A DNA stretch of 64,000 bases from Terriglobia bacterium (GTDB lineage Bacteria; Acidobacteriota; Terriglobia; 20CM-2-55-15): NCBI GenBank assembly GCA_965218585.1, contig CBDCLE010000005.1, forward strand, positions 64,001-128,000, written 5' to 3'. Under the pieces are notes generated by a model. It was not told the origin of the DNA and did not search any database. It was given only the letters and a program-made list of their open reading frames with translations. The position numbers were made by a program, and so were the translations under genes. This document shows, in pieces, positions 29,860-39,472 of the stretch; positions within the stretch are counted from its first letter, which is position 1; each line of letters opens with the position of its first letter.

Positions 29860-30300
29860 CTAACCGACTGGATCGCCTGCTGAAGTACCGGTCGGCAGGC
29901 TCTCTCCGGCCGCCGCATCCCGGAAGCGCACCACACCGTCCGGTCCGCTGTAGTAGTTGAATCGGCCACTGGTACCGTCTACGACTGCTGAAACTTCGTA
30001 GTTGCCTGTGCCGCCCCCGTACAGGGTATAGGTATAGCCACCGACAATCAGGCCATCGGCCGAGAACCGGTCATCGATCAGACCACCGCCACTCAGGTTC
30101 GCGAAGGTCCCATAGTTTCCATTCGACGAAACGTACGTTACCTGTGAGGTATTGATTGCCCGGAGGTTCGATACGGCGCCGGACTCATTCGCGGCCTGCC
30201 GCGACCGAAGCAAGCTGGGGATAGCGATCGTCGCAATAATCAGAATGATCGCTACAACAATCAGCAATTCCAAAAGCGAAAATCCGCGACTTTTCTTCAT
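29860..30300 (-). CDS. pilA: Type IVa pilin, paralog 1 (probable major pilin)
   Basis: MKKSRG/FSLLELLIVVAII. First gene after the sigma54-type promoter. Confidence 0.92.
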   Translation of the reverse strand: MKKSRGFSLLELLIVVAIILIIATIAIPSLLRSRQAANESGAVSNLRAINTSQVTYVSSNGNYGTFANLSGGGLIDDRFSADGLIVGGYTYTLYGGGTGNYEVSAVVDGTSGRFNYYSGPDGVVRFRDAAAGESLPTGTSAGDPVG

Positions 30301-30481
30301 TCTCTCGTTCCCTCCCAGGGAATTGTGCAAGATGGCTCGGAGACTCGATGTCTCTCTGTCTAGAGCACGTTACGGATACGACAAGTTATAGTCAACAACT
30401 ATCTGCGGCCCCACACAGCCGGTCTCCGTCGGCGACGGGCACCCGGTCCGATGTCACTGATGTCCCGTCAGGCTCTGGTAT

Positions 30482-30497
30482 AGCAACTGCAAGTCCA
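30482..30497 (-). promoter_or_regulatory. Sigma54 (-24/-12) promoter for the pilin operon
   Basis: Minus strand TGGACTTGCAGTTGCT = GG-N10-GC. Confidence 0.65.
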
Positions 30498-30551
30498 CAA
30501 GAATCGGGTGTGCGTTTCGTTGAACTTGGGAAAACTGACACGCCGAAAAGC

Positions 30552-30564
30552 GACATATTTTGTC
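30552..30564. promoter_or_regulatory. Candidate PilR enhancer site
   Basis: GACA-tattt-TGTC dyad about 55-70 bp upstream of the -24 box, plus a TGACA half site at 30536. Confidence 0.45.
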
Positions 30565-30624
30565 ACTTCACGTACAAAAAAAGGCACATGAAAGGCCCGG
30601 ACGGGCAGGTAAGATCGGGAACAC

Positions 30625-32577
30625 ATGGTGCGGTCAGACACACTGAATCCAAAGCCGCTGGCTTCCGGGCCGTCATCCAGACTGAGTTACCTGGCCGGTT
30701 TCGCAGTAGTCCTGCTCGTCTTTATCACGCCTTTCGGAAGCGAATCCACCGCAGGATGGGCCATCTTCCTCCACCGGGCTTTATTGCTCGTAATCGTCGG
30801 GGTTTGCCTCGCGGGGCTTCGGAATCGGGAAACCCTCGATTTCGGTGTCGGAGTCTACGCTCTGGCCGGCGTCAGCCTCCTCGTCATGTTCCTGGCGGTC
30901 TGGGGCAGCAATAGAAACATCTTCGACGGCTTTCATCTCTGGTATCACCACCTCCTCTTTGCCCTGTTCTTCTTCACGATCGCCCGTTTTAACAGTACCC
31001 AGTCGGTTCGATGGAAGTCGGCGATGGTGGGGTCGGTAGCTGCGGTCATCGTCGGTCATGTGGGATGGAGCCTCTTCACCGAAGTTGTGCCACTATCAGG
31101 ACCCTTTGTAAACCCCAACTATTTCGGTTCCTATCTCCTGATTGGATTCGCAATCAGCCTCGCAACCGCCGCCCGCCATCCGTCCATTCGATGGAGGATT
31201 GCCGGAGCCATGGCGGCGGCGTTTCTTCTGTATGGGATCACTCAGTCACTGTCGCGTGGTGCGCTGGTTGCAGCTCTCGGCGTTACTGCCCTCGCCCTTT
31301 ACAAGATGAGCCGCCGGTTTCAGGTCGTCGCCCTCATCGGACTTGTCGTCCTCATCGCCGGCTTCAGCCCCTTGCTCCTTAGCAAATTCGCAGATTTTGA
31401 TAACTTCGATCTTTACAACTACATGCGCCCTCAAATATGGATGAGCACTTTAAGCATGATTGGGGAAAATCCAGTTGCGGGAGTCGGGATGAACGCGTAC
31501 GAAGACGCGGCAAGCCGGTTCCCCGTGGCCGCCGAAGGCACGGTTGGCCGCTACGCCCGGCGGCACAAGATGGCCCACTCCGAGTACCTCCATTACGCAG
31601 CCGAAATAGGCATCCCCGGGGCGTTGTTTTTCGTGTCGTTGCTGGCCTATTTCTTCCTGTCGATGGCGCGGGCCCGATCAAGACCAGCTGAGGACGAAGC
31701 GTTTCTGAGGGAGGCAGGATTCCTGGCCGCTGCCGGCGTCGGTGCCCACGCCCTGGTGGACAATAACTTCAGCGTACCTGTAGTGGCGGCGGTCCTGACC
31801 GTAGTATCCCTGGCGCCACTGCCGCTTCCACGATATTCCAGTATCCGCCTCCCGAGTTCCCTCGAGGGAAGGACAGCCCTCGCGCTTGTCCTCGTCGGGC
31901 TGTTCACCCACTCCACACTGGTTCCTTCTCTAGCAACCTACTTCAACGAGTCCGGTCAGCGCGCGTTCCAGAACGAACGGTTTGAAGCCGCGGAAAGAGC
32001 CCACAGAACGTCGGTTGCATTCGCCCCGGACCATCCACTTCTTCTGACGAATCTCGGGACGATGTACCTGGACCGGTTCTCGCGTACACAGGATCTGCAC
32101 TGGCTCGATGCCGCCGACGCTTTCTTTGCCCGTGCGGTGGCCCTCAATCCGGAATTCATCGTAGCCCGGAGACAACGCCATGCGGTACTGACGCGGAAAC
32201 TGAACGGTGCGGTATTCGAAACAGAAGAGTTGCTTTCGCAGTTAATGGAGAATTCCAGAGAAATTCTGACGATTGATCCGGTCAGTGTTTTCGTACGTCG
32301 CAACCTGGCTGAAGCCCTGAACTCATCTGGAAGACGCGACGAGGCGATCGCCGAACTCACACGAGCCATCGAACTGGAACCCAACTTTATTCCGGCATAC
32401 CGTAGGCTTGCCCAATGGCATGAAGAGGCTGACGATCCGGCCCGAAGCCGAGCGCTTGGCCAGGAAGCCGACCGGAGGCTGGCCGAGTTCCGGGACACAG
32501 AAGAAATGAACGGCTACGAGCTCGATCTGCTCGGTCTTGGAGAACAGGCCGAGCAGGCAAGGCTTGGCGAAGAATGA
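30625..32577 (+). CDS. O-antigen ligase/oligosaccharyltransferase (Wzy_C) + TPR, copy 1
   Basis: GPF.NPNYFG.YL, SRG, R..IW, P..GVG, AHSEYL...E.G..G, H..VD, C-terminal TPRs. Confidence 0.88.
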   Translation: MVRSDTLNPKPLASGPSSRLSYLAGFAVVLLVFITPFGSESTAGWAIFLHRALLLVIVGVCLAGLRNRETLDFGVGVYALAGVSLLVMFLAVWGSNRNIFDGFHLWYHHLLFALFFFTIARFNSTQSVRWKSAMVGSVAAVIVGHVGWSLFTEVVPLSGPFVNPNYFGSYLLIGFAISLATAARHPSIRWRIAGAMAAAFLLYGITQSLSRGALVAALGVTALALYKMSRRFQVVALIGLVVLIAGFSPLLLSKFADFDNFDLYNYMRPQIWMSTLSMIGENPVAGVGMNAYEDAASRFPVAAEGTVGRYARRHKMAHSEYLHYAAEIGIPGALFFVSLLAYFFLSMARARSRPAEDEAFLREAGFLAAAGVGAHALVDNNFSVPVVAAVLTVVSLAPLPLPRYSSIRLPSSLEGRTALALVLVGLFTHSTLVPSLATYFNESGQRAFQNERFEAAERAHRTSVAFAPDHPLLLTNLGTMYLDRFSRTQDLHWLDAADAFFARAVALNPEFIVARRQRHAVLTRKLNGAVFETEELLSQLMENSREILTIDPVSVFVRRNLAEALNSSGRRDEAIAELTRAIELEPNFIPAYRRLAQWHEEADDPARSRALGQEADRRLAEFRDTEEMNGYELDLLGLGEQAEQARLGEE

Positions 32578-34289
32578 CCGAAGACAGAGGGAAAATAGCC
32601 CAACTGCTGGGACTGGCCGCGATGGCCGGCGCGATCCTCGCACCGCCCGAAGTGTTCGGTTCGGGACGCATGATCCTGATCCTCGGCTCAACCTTCGCGC
32701 TGTTGATCCTGAGTCTGGATGGAAAGATCTCCTCTCGATTCTTATGGATCGGTGTCGGAGGAACACTGTTCCTGGTTTGGCACTCCTTCTGGATTTCGAT
32801 AGACGTTTACCGGTCCCTGGAGTTCTCCGAGATCCTCTGGTCCTACTACTGCCTCTTCGGCGTCTTCTACTACACGTCCGGCGAATCCAGAGTTCGAATG
32901 GCGGTAACTCTGGTACTCCTGTCGGCAATCGTGTCTGGCTATGGGATCTACGAGTTCATGTGGGGCAACACCAGCTACGCCCTCTCGATTTCGGCCGACA
33001 CGGGCGAAATTGTTCGAACACCGATCCTGGATAGCGCTACGAGGCCCCGCGTCATGTCCACGTTTGCGATGCCGGAGACACTCTGGGGTTTTCTGCTCGT
33101 CGCACTCCCCTGTCATGCGTCGCTCTGGAAAAACTCGCGGGCATTCGTCCGGACAGGCCTCGCGGTCGGCATTGCCCTGCTGCTGACCGCAGGCGCACTG
33201 ACCCGATCCTTCGGATTCGTCGCCGGCCTCGGCACGATCGTTCTCGTCTGGTTGTTGATGCGGCCTGGAGATCGTCGTCGACGTCTGATCGGCTTCCTCT
33301 CGATCGGCGCTCTTGCATTCGTGGGGGCCGGGATCTACTCCGTTCGTGCCGGCGGATACAATCCGATATCTCTTCGATTGCAGAACTGGCTGACCGCCTC
33401 AGAGATATTTGCGGGGTATCCTTTCGGCGCGGGATTGAACAATTACGCCGTCGCCTACCTCCAGCATCAGCAACTCGGCGCCAACGAGAGCCAGTACGCC
33501 CACAACACCCCGCTGCAACTCTTGTCCGAAACCGGCGTCTTCGGACTGGTCATCGCTGCCCTGTTCGTCGTCTATCTGGTGAGGTACCGGGAACGTCTTT
33601 CCCGCTGTGTACGGGAAGAGAAATTCATCGTCCTCGCACTGGCTGTTTGGGGTGTCCACAACCTGATCGACATCGATCTGTACTTCGCAAGCGTCGGCTC
33701 GGTCGGAATCGTCCTGATAGGCGTCGTCGCAGCCTCGACGCGGGATCAAGGGCCTTCGGGCCCCGGCGCGAAGTATCTGCTCTCGAGATGGGTCATGGGC
33801 AGTATCGCTACGATTTCGATTATGGTCGTACTATCCTCGAGCGTCATTTACGTTTCAGGCGAACTGCTTCGAAGAGCCCGGACCGAACTGGGATACCTTC
33901 GGGTCGGGGAAGCCCATCAAACTTTGGAATCGGCGGCCCGGATCAATCCGTTCAATTCGAGCATTCTCCATGAGGCCGGTCAGGTCGCCCTCGAGATGTA
34001 CCAGGACTCGCTGGAGGAACCCTACCTGGAGCAATCACGGGATTACTTTCAGAGAGCGGTCTTGCTGAGTCCAAACAAGGTGGGACCTCACCTCGGTTTG
34101 GCGCTTACGATATCAAGTGCGAATCGGGCTAACGAAGCCTTGGACGAACTGGAAATCGCCCAGTACATGCACCCCTACAGCCGCTACGTGAGTTCGATCC
34201 GCCGTCTCGTGGAAAACCGGCAGAATCCAGTTTCTGACGCTGGTACCAGCGATGCTCCAGAACCCCCTCAAGGGGAAGAGACTCCGTAA
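32574..34289 (+). CDS. O-antigen ligase/oligosaccharyltransferase (Wzy_C) + TPR, copy 2
   Basis: R..STF..P, R...W, P.GAG, AHNTPLQ..SETG..G, HN..D, C-terminal TPRs. Confidence 0.88.
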   Translation: MTEDRGKIAQLLGLAAMAGAILAPPEVFGSGRMILILGSTFALLILSLDGKISSRFLWIGVGGTLFLVWHSFWISIDVYRSLEFSEILWSYYCLFGVFYYTSGESRVRMAVTLVLLSAIVSGYGIYEFMWGNTSYALSISADTGEIVRTPILDSATRPRVMSTFAMPETLWGFLLVALPCHASLWKNSRAFVRTGLAVGIALLLTAGALTRSFGFVAGLGTIVLVWLLMRPGDRRRRLIGFLSIGALAFVGAGIYSVRAGGYNPISLRLQNWLTASEIFAGYPFGAGLNNYAVAYLQHQQLGANESQYAHNTPLQLLSETGVFGLVIAALFVVYLVRYRERLSRCVREEKFIVLALAVWGVHNLIDIDLYFASVGSVGIVLIGVVAASTRDQGPSGPGAKYLLSRWVMGSIATISIMVVLSSSVIYVSGELLRRARTELGYLRVGEAHQTLESAARINPFNSSILHEAGQVALEMYQDSLEEPYLEQSRDYFQRAVLLSPNKVGPHLGLALTISSANRANEALDELEIAQYMHPYSRYVSSIRRLVENRQNPVSDAGTSDAPEPPQGEETP

Positions 34290-34329
34290 ACAAGAGCCGC
34301 CAGCCGAGAGCTGAGGGCCAATCCTGTTT

Positions 34330-34345
34330 TGGCATGACGGATGCA
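34330..34345 (+). promoter_or_regulatory. Sigma54 (-24/-12) promoter upstream of the sugar-biosynthesis operon
   Basis: TGGCATGACGGATGCA = GG-N10-GC, close to consensus, in a 270-bp intergenic gap. Confidence 0.6.
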
Positions 34346-34561
34346 GTTACCTCATCGGAGGCGCCCCGTGACCGATCATCATCAGACCTGCCCCATCAGC
34401 ATCACGACAAGCAATAACCGGCTAAATCTAAAGCATTTACCGTTCACCCGCGGCAACGCGGGCTCCTCCCAGAAACTGAACGCCGTCCTCAATAAAGCCA
34501 ATATTTTGGACAGAAGTCGTAATTTTGACTCCCTGGCAGGAGGCCCTGCCAAACCACACTC

Positions 34562-35341
34562 ATGATTCAAAGAAGTTCGATGTCGTCGCTATGCGCCCAG
34601 ACGCCCGTCGTCATCCTGGCGGGAGGCAAGGGTACGCGGCTGCTGCCCTACACCACAGCCTTGCCAAAACCGCTGATGCCTGTGGGCAATTACCCGATCC
34701 TGGAAATCCTGTTGAAACAGCTTGCCGCATACGGCTTTAGAGACGTCACGCTGGCAGTCGGCCACCTGGCAGGCATCGTCCAGGCCTATTTCAGCGACGG
34801 GAAGCGGTTCGGTCTGGACCTGTCCTATTCGTACGAGACGACGCCCTTGGGGACCGCCGGTCCACTATCGCGCCTACCCCGTTCCGATCGGAGCATGCTC
34901 GTCTTGAACGGCGACCTACTGACCGATATCGACTTCGGCCAGATCGTACGATTTCACTATGAAAAAGAAGCTATGGCCACGGTCGGTATGACGCGGCGCA
35001 CCGAGTCGGTTGATTTCGGAGTGATCGAAGCGGAGTCCGACGCCAGGATCATAAACTTTCAGGAAAAACCGAAGATGAACTACATGGTGAGCATGGGAAT
35101 CTACGTGTTCACGCCCAGGGTCATCGACTACATACCAAAGTCCTCGCGGTTCGACTTTCCGGATCTCGTTCAGAAACTGCTGAATCAGGACGCGAAGGTG
35201 GTCGGCTATCGGAGTGAGGCCTACTGGATGGATGTGGGACGTCCATCCGACTACGAAAAAGCAAACGAAGATTTCCCGATGAAGGAACACGCGTTCCTGG
35301 AACCCCATGTGGAACACGAGGCTGTCGGAACTAGAGTTTGA
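34562..35341 (+). CDS. Sugar-phosphate nucleotidyltransferase
   Basis: ILAGGKGTRL.P.T...PKPL, PLGTAG, NGD, W.DVG. Confidence 0.92.
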   Translation: MIQRSSMSSLCAQTPVVILAGGKGTRLLPYTTALPKPLMPVGNYPILEILLKQLAAYGFRDVTLAVGHLAGIVQAYFSDGKRFGLDLSYSYETTPLGTAGPLSRLPRSDRSMLVLNGDLLTDIDFGQIVRFHYEKEAMATVGMTRRTESVDFGVIEAESDARIINFQEKPKMNYMVSMGIYVFTPRVIDYIPKSSRFDFPDLVQKLLNQDAKVVGYRSEAYWMDVGRPSDYEKANEDFPMKEHAFLEPHVEHEAVGTRV

Positions 35342-36449
35342 CGGGGACGAACTGGCGGCATCGCTCGAAGCGATTGAGTCCAGTTGGATCACCCAGGGGC
35401 CCCGAACCCAGGCTTTTGAGGAGGCGTTCGCCTCCGTTGCAGGCACTTCACAGGCAGTCGCGGTATCGAACGGAACAGCCGCTCTGATTCTGGCACTCAG
35501 AGCTGTCGGCGTCGGCCCGGGCGACGAGGTTCTGTGCCCTTCCCTGACATTCGCTGCCACGGCTGCAGCCATAGTTCACTGCGGCGCGACCCCTGTGTTC
35601 GCCGACATCGTCAGTATTGAGGATCCCACGATGGATCCTGAGGATGCGGCACGGAAACTGACTTCAAGGACGCGTGCCGTACTCCCGGTTCACTACGCCG
35701 GCATTCCCTGCCATATGGATTCGATCCAGGAACTGGCGCGTACTCACAATCTTGCAATCATCGAAGATGCCGCACATGCACCGGGCGCGACATACAAGGG
35801 ACAGGCTGCCGGAAGTTTAGGAACAGCGGGATGTTTCAGCCTTTTCGGGAACAAGAACGTCACAACGGCCGAAGGCGGCCTGGTCACAACTAACGATCCT
35901 GAAGTGGCTGAAAAAGTCCGGCTTCTGAGAAGCCATGGCATGACGTCCTCCAGTTGGGACAAAGGAAACGGGCGCCATCCACGTTACGATGTCGTCGAAA
36001 TCGGTTTCAACTTTCGCTTCGATGACATACGCGCCTCGATCGGGTTGGCACAACTCCGCAAACTAGACGATATCAACCGGCGACGTTCGGAGCTCGTCGC
36101 CCACTACAACGCACGCATCGAAACCGACCTTTCAGAGTTGGTGCTCCCCTTCGGAGCAGTAACAGCGGAACGCAGTCCCTCATATCACATTTACCCTGTC
36201 GTTCTCCCCAGCCCCGAGGAACGGGACAAGATGGAAGCCGAGCTTGCTGTGGCCGGAATCCAAACGAGCATTCACTACCGGCCGGTTCACCAGTTGTCCG
36301 CCTTCCGAAGGCTCTTCCCCGATGTGTCGTCGCCCAAAACCGAAACCTACGGAGAACGGGAACTGACGCTTCCGCTCTACCCTTCGATGGCTCCAGCCCT
36401 GATTGACACCATCGTGGACTCCATGGTCCACTCCTACACGCACACTTAA
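35307..36449 (+). CDS. DegT/DnrJ PLP sugar aminotransferase (perosamine synthase-like)
   Basis: SNGTAAL, VHYAG, EDAAHA.G, FSL.G.KNVTT.EGG, LTLPLYP. Confidence 0.92.
   Translation: MWNTRLSELEFDGDELAASLEAIESSWITQGPRTQAFEEAFASVAGTSQAVAVSNGTAALILALRAVGVGPGDEVLCPSLTFAATAAAIVHCGATPVFADIVSIEDPTMDPEDAARKLTSRTRAVLPVHYAGIPCHMDSIQELARTHNLAIIEDAAHAPGATYKGQAAGSLGTAGCFSLFGNKNVTTAEGGLVTTNDPEVAEKVRLLRSHGMTSSSWDKGNGRHPRYDVVEIGFNFRFDDIRASIGLAQLRKLDDINRRRSELVAHYNARIETDLSELVLPFGAVTAERSPSYHIYPVVLPSPEERDKMEAELAVAGIQTSIHYRPVHQLSAFRRLFPDVSSPKTETYGERELTLPLYPSMAPALIDTIVDSMVHSYTHT
36403..36434. repeat. 32-bp inverted repeat, left copy (3' end of the DegT gene)
   Basis: ttgacaccatcgtggactccatggtccactcc, 30/32 identical to the reverse complement of 42504-42535. 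Confidence 0.85.
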
Positions 36450-36545
36450 GAAAGCCGTCAGCAATCAGCCTTTGACATTCAGCTTCGATTGTCCGCTGAA
36501 CTGAGCGACACTCTCGGATAATGACATCTGAAGAATGAGCACCGC

Positions 36546-37535
36546 ATGAAGAGGAAGGCGTTGATCAGCGGGATCACCGGTCAGGACGGTTCCTATCTGG
36601 CCGAATTCCTTCTCGAGAAAGGCGTAGAAGTACACGGCATTGTCCGGCGGGTCGCGATCGAGGATCCGGAACATCGCTTGTGGCGTGTCCGCCACTTGCT
36701 GGACGATATTACTATTCATGCGGCGTCCCTTGAAAGCTTTCCAAGCCTGTTTCGCGTCTTTAACCTCGTCAAACCCGATGAGTGTTACCATCTGGCAGCG
36801 CAGAGTTTCGTTGGATACTCCTTCGACGACGAATTCTCTACCTTCCAGTCCAACATCAACGGTACCCATCACATGCTGGCCGCGCTCCGGGAATGCGCGC
36901 CCGGCTGTCGCTTTTACTTTGCGGCAACAAGCGAAATGTTTGGCAAAGTCAAAACGGTTCCACAGGATGAGGACACACCTTTCCATCCCCGTTCCGCTTA
37001 CGGCATATCCAAGGTGGCCGGCTACCATCTGACGCGAAACTATCGCGAAGCATATAAGCTGCATGCTTCTTGCGGCATTCTCTATAACCACGAATCTCCA
37101 CGTAGAGGCTTCGAATTTGTGACCCGCAAGATCGCTTCGCAAGTTGCAAAGATCAAGTTGGGTCGGGCCGATAGATTGAGCCTGGGTAATCTGGATGCGA
37201 AACGAGACTGGGGTCACGCCAAAGAGTACGTGCAGGCCATGTGGCTGATGCTGCAGCAGGACGAACCGGACGACTTCGTCGTCGCGACAGGCGAAACCCA
37301 TAGCGTCCGGGAGTTTGTCGAAGCGAGTTTTGCTCATGTCGGTCTGGATTATGAGCAGTACCTCAAGATCGACTCCAGGTTGATTCGACCCGCAGAGGTG
37401 GAACTCCTCGTAGGCAACGCGGCCAAGGCCCGGGAGAAACTCGGGTGGGAGCCCGGAATCAAATTCAGAGACCTCGTAGCCGAAATGATTGATGCCGATC
37501 TGAAAACGTGGAGCCATGAGCCCACCGGCACATGA
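36546..37535 (+). CDS. gmd: GDP-mannose 4,6-dehydratase
   Basis: GITGQDGSYLAE, AAQS.V, PRSAYG..K, NHESPRRG.FVTRKI, RDWGHA. Confidence 0.96.
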   Translation: MKRKALISGITGQDGSYLAEFLLEKGVEVHGIVRRVAIEDPEHRLWRVRHLLDDITIHAASLESFPSLFRVFNLVKPDECYHLAAQSFVGYSFDDEFSTFQSNINGTHHMLAALRECAPGCRFYFAATSEMFGKVKTVPQDEDTPFHPRSAYGISKVAGYHLTRNYREAYKLHASCGILYNHESPRRGFEFVTRKIASQVAKIKLGRADRLSLGNLDAKRDWGHAKEYVQAMWLMLQQDEPDDFVVATGETHSVREFVEASFAHVGLDYEQYLKIDSRLIRPAEVELLVGNAAKAREKLGWEPGIKFRDLVAEMIDADLKTWSHEPTGT

Positions 37536-37577
37536 GCCCTGTCCGGTGACACAGACGTTCCCTTCAGCGATTCTCGG

Positions 37578-38810
37578 ATGAAATACCTTCTCTATGTGGA
37601 AACCTTTCCCGACGCTGCGCCCGATTCCCCCCGCCAGACTGGAATCGGAAGATACTGCCAGGATCTGGCATTCGGGCTTGCGGAGATCGGGCATGAAGTC
37701 ACTGTGGTCACCAGTGAGAATGAAGGTCGGACCAAAGACGATGCCCCATCGAAGTACACAATCATCCGCGAGGGGCAATCCACACCCGCACGGACGAACC
37801 TGATCAGGCGCGCCCTGTTTCTAACACGGCAGATATCGCGCACGCAGCCCGATTTCCTGCTCCTGGGTGATCCGCTTGCACAAAGGGTCTTTTCCTTTAT
37901 CCGTCCGTTTTCAAAAATCCGGTACTGCACTTTCTTTTACGGAACCGATCTGAAGGCTTTAAGCGAACGACTGAACTATCAGGGGTGGTCACTCTATCAG
38001 TTCGTCCGAAGGGCTATGTTCGCGAGCCACGTGGGTTCGGCCCACGAAACGGTCGTCATAAGCCGATACACTGCTGGTGAGTTCGGCAAGATAGCTGGCA
38101 AACAACACCCGTACTTCATCTTGTATCCGTGTGTAAGCGAGGATTTCCTGGACCGACCTCTGAATCAACCCTTCACTGCTGAACAACCTGCCGACTTGGA
38201 AGATAAGGAGCCTCGTCCAGTCCGGTTCATCACGGTTGCTCGGATCAGCGAAAGAAAGAACCAGTTCGGAGTCTTGAAAGTATTGGCCAGCCTCGAAGGG
38301 ACGCGGGGGTTGAACTTTCACTACACGATCTTGGGGAATGTGGACGGCCCAACACACCAAGGATACTTCGCTAAGATCAAGGCCTTCATCACTGCCAACA
38401 GCCTGGAGGACGCTGTTTCGATAGTCGGCGGAACGACGGGCGAAGAAAAAATAGGCCACATCGATTCCAGCGACGTCTTTATCATGCTGAGCCAGACTGT
38501 TGGAAGCAGCGTCGAAGGATTCGGGATATCCGTGATCGAAGCCTCCATAAGAGAAAAACCAGTGATCGTGAGCGATCAGGGCGGGATGAGGGAAACCATC
38601 GTCGAAGGCAAGACCGGATTCTCTGTGCCGGTTGACTCAGATACGGCGATCGGCGATGCCGTCATGAAACTCGCTGGCAGCGGATCCCTTCGCCGGGAGA
38701 TGGGGATAGCGGGCCGAGAGTACGTGATTGCGAATTTCGTTCCTAAGATCATGGCGGCTCGTCTGGATACTCATCTGCGCGAAAAGTCGGCTGGAGGAAA
38801 CGGAGTTTGA
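37578..38810 (+). CDS. GT4 glycosyltransferase
   Basis: VARI.ERKN, EGFGISVIEA, GG..E.I..G.TG. Confidence 0.9.
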   Translation: MKYLLYVETFPDAAPDSPRQTGIGRYCQDLAFGLAEIGHEVTVVTSENEGRTKDDAPSKYTIIREGQSTPARTNLIRRALFLTRQISRTQPDFLLLGDPLAQRVFSFIRPFSKIRYCTFFYGTDLKALSERLNYQGWSLYQFVRRAMFASHVGSAHETVVISRYTAGEFGKIAGKQHPYFILYPCVSEDFLDRPLNQPFTAEQPADLEDKEPRPVRFITVARISERKNQFGVLKVLASLEGTRGLNFHYTILGNVDGPTHQGYFAKIKAFITANSLEDAVSIVGGTTGEEKIGHIDSSDVFIMLSQTVGSSVEGFGISVIEASIREKPVIVSDQGGMRETIVEGKTGFSVPVDSDTAIGDAVMKLAGSGSLRREMGIAGREYVIANFVPKIMAARLDTHLREKSAGGNGV

Positions 38811-39457
38811 GTCCGAACGTGCTGGGACATCTGCGATATCGAACTCAGTTGTGGAGGATTCGACCACGTAGGTATGCCAATCTCTTCGCGACGCTTTATG
38901 ACCATCGTTGCCGACGCATCGTAGAAATCGGAACATGGGACGGCGTTCACGCCGAACAAATGATCCAGACTGCAGCACTCCATCATTCGGTAAAAGATAT
39001 CGACTATTTCGGATTCGATCTTTTCGAAGAAATGACCGCAGAGGCAATGAAAGGCGAATTTTCCAAGTGGCCTCCGTCCTATGACAACGTTCAGCTCAAG
39101 CTCAGCCAAACGGGGGCTCATATTCATCTCTACAAGGGCAACACTCGGGCAACTCTTCCCGAAGTCACTGGCGCTATAGGAAAGGCAGACATCGTCTTCA
39201 TCGACGGTGGCCATTCCATCGAAACCATCACTTCGGACTGGAACAACGTAAGGCAACTGATGGACCCTCACACGACGGTCGTTTTCGACGACTACTATTC
39301 CAACAGCGAAACCGAGGTCGAGGGACTGGGTTGTCAAACGCTCATCGATAGCCTGGACCGCGACATTTACGAAGTTGAAGTGTTGGCACCCATCGATTCG
39401 TTTCCGAAAGAGTGGGGCACGCTGAATGTGAGTATGGTGCGTGTCGGCCAGCGGTAA
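38807..39457 (+). CDS. Class I SAM methyltransferase (Methyltransf_24-like)
   Basis: VEIGTWDG, GFDLF, FIDGGH, VFDDY. Confidence 0.85.
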   Translation: MSPNVLGHLRYRTQLWRIRPRRYANLFATLYDHRCRRIVEIGTWDGVHAEQMIQTAALHHSVKDIDYFGFDLFEEMTAEAMKGEFSKWPPSYDNVQLKLSQTGAHIHLYKGNTRATLPEVTGAIGKADIVFIDGGHSIETITSDWNNVRQLMDPHTTVVFDDYYSNSETEVEGLGCQTLIDSLDRDIYEVEVLAPIDSFPKEWGTLNVSMVRVGQR

Positions 39458-39472
39458 CCCAACAGTATCGAC

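Noticed and set aside
29290-30300. Electrically conductive (e-)pilins
   Set aside because: Pilin 1 is about 9% aromatic (13/140) but has a 48-residue aromatic-free gap (F1 to Y50) and lacks aromatics at positions 24/27
30301-30470. c-di-GMP riboswitch in the long pilin leader
   Set aside because: A hairpin is possible, but the class I GGCAAA/GACGCAAAG signatures are absent
36465-37778. Long antisense ORFs (this 437-aa one, also 26009-26956, 28054-29001, 38771-39661, 16561-17271)
   Set aside because: Shadows of well-supported opposite-strand genes in GC-rich DNA, with no motifs
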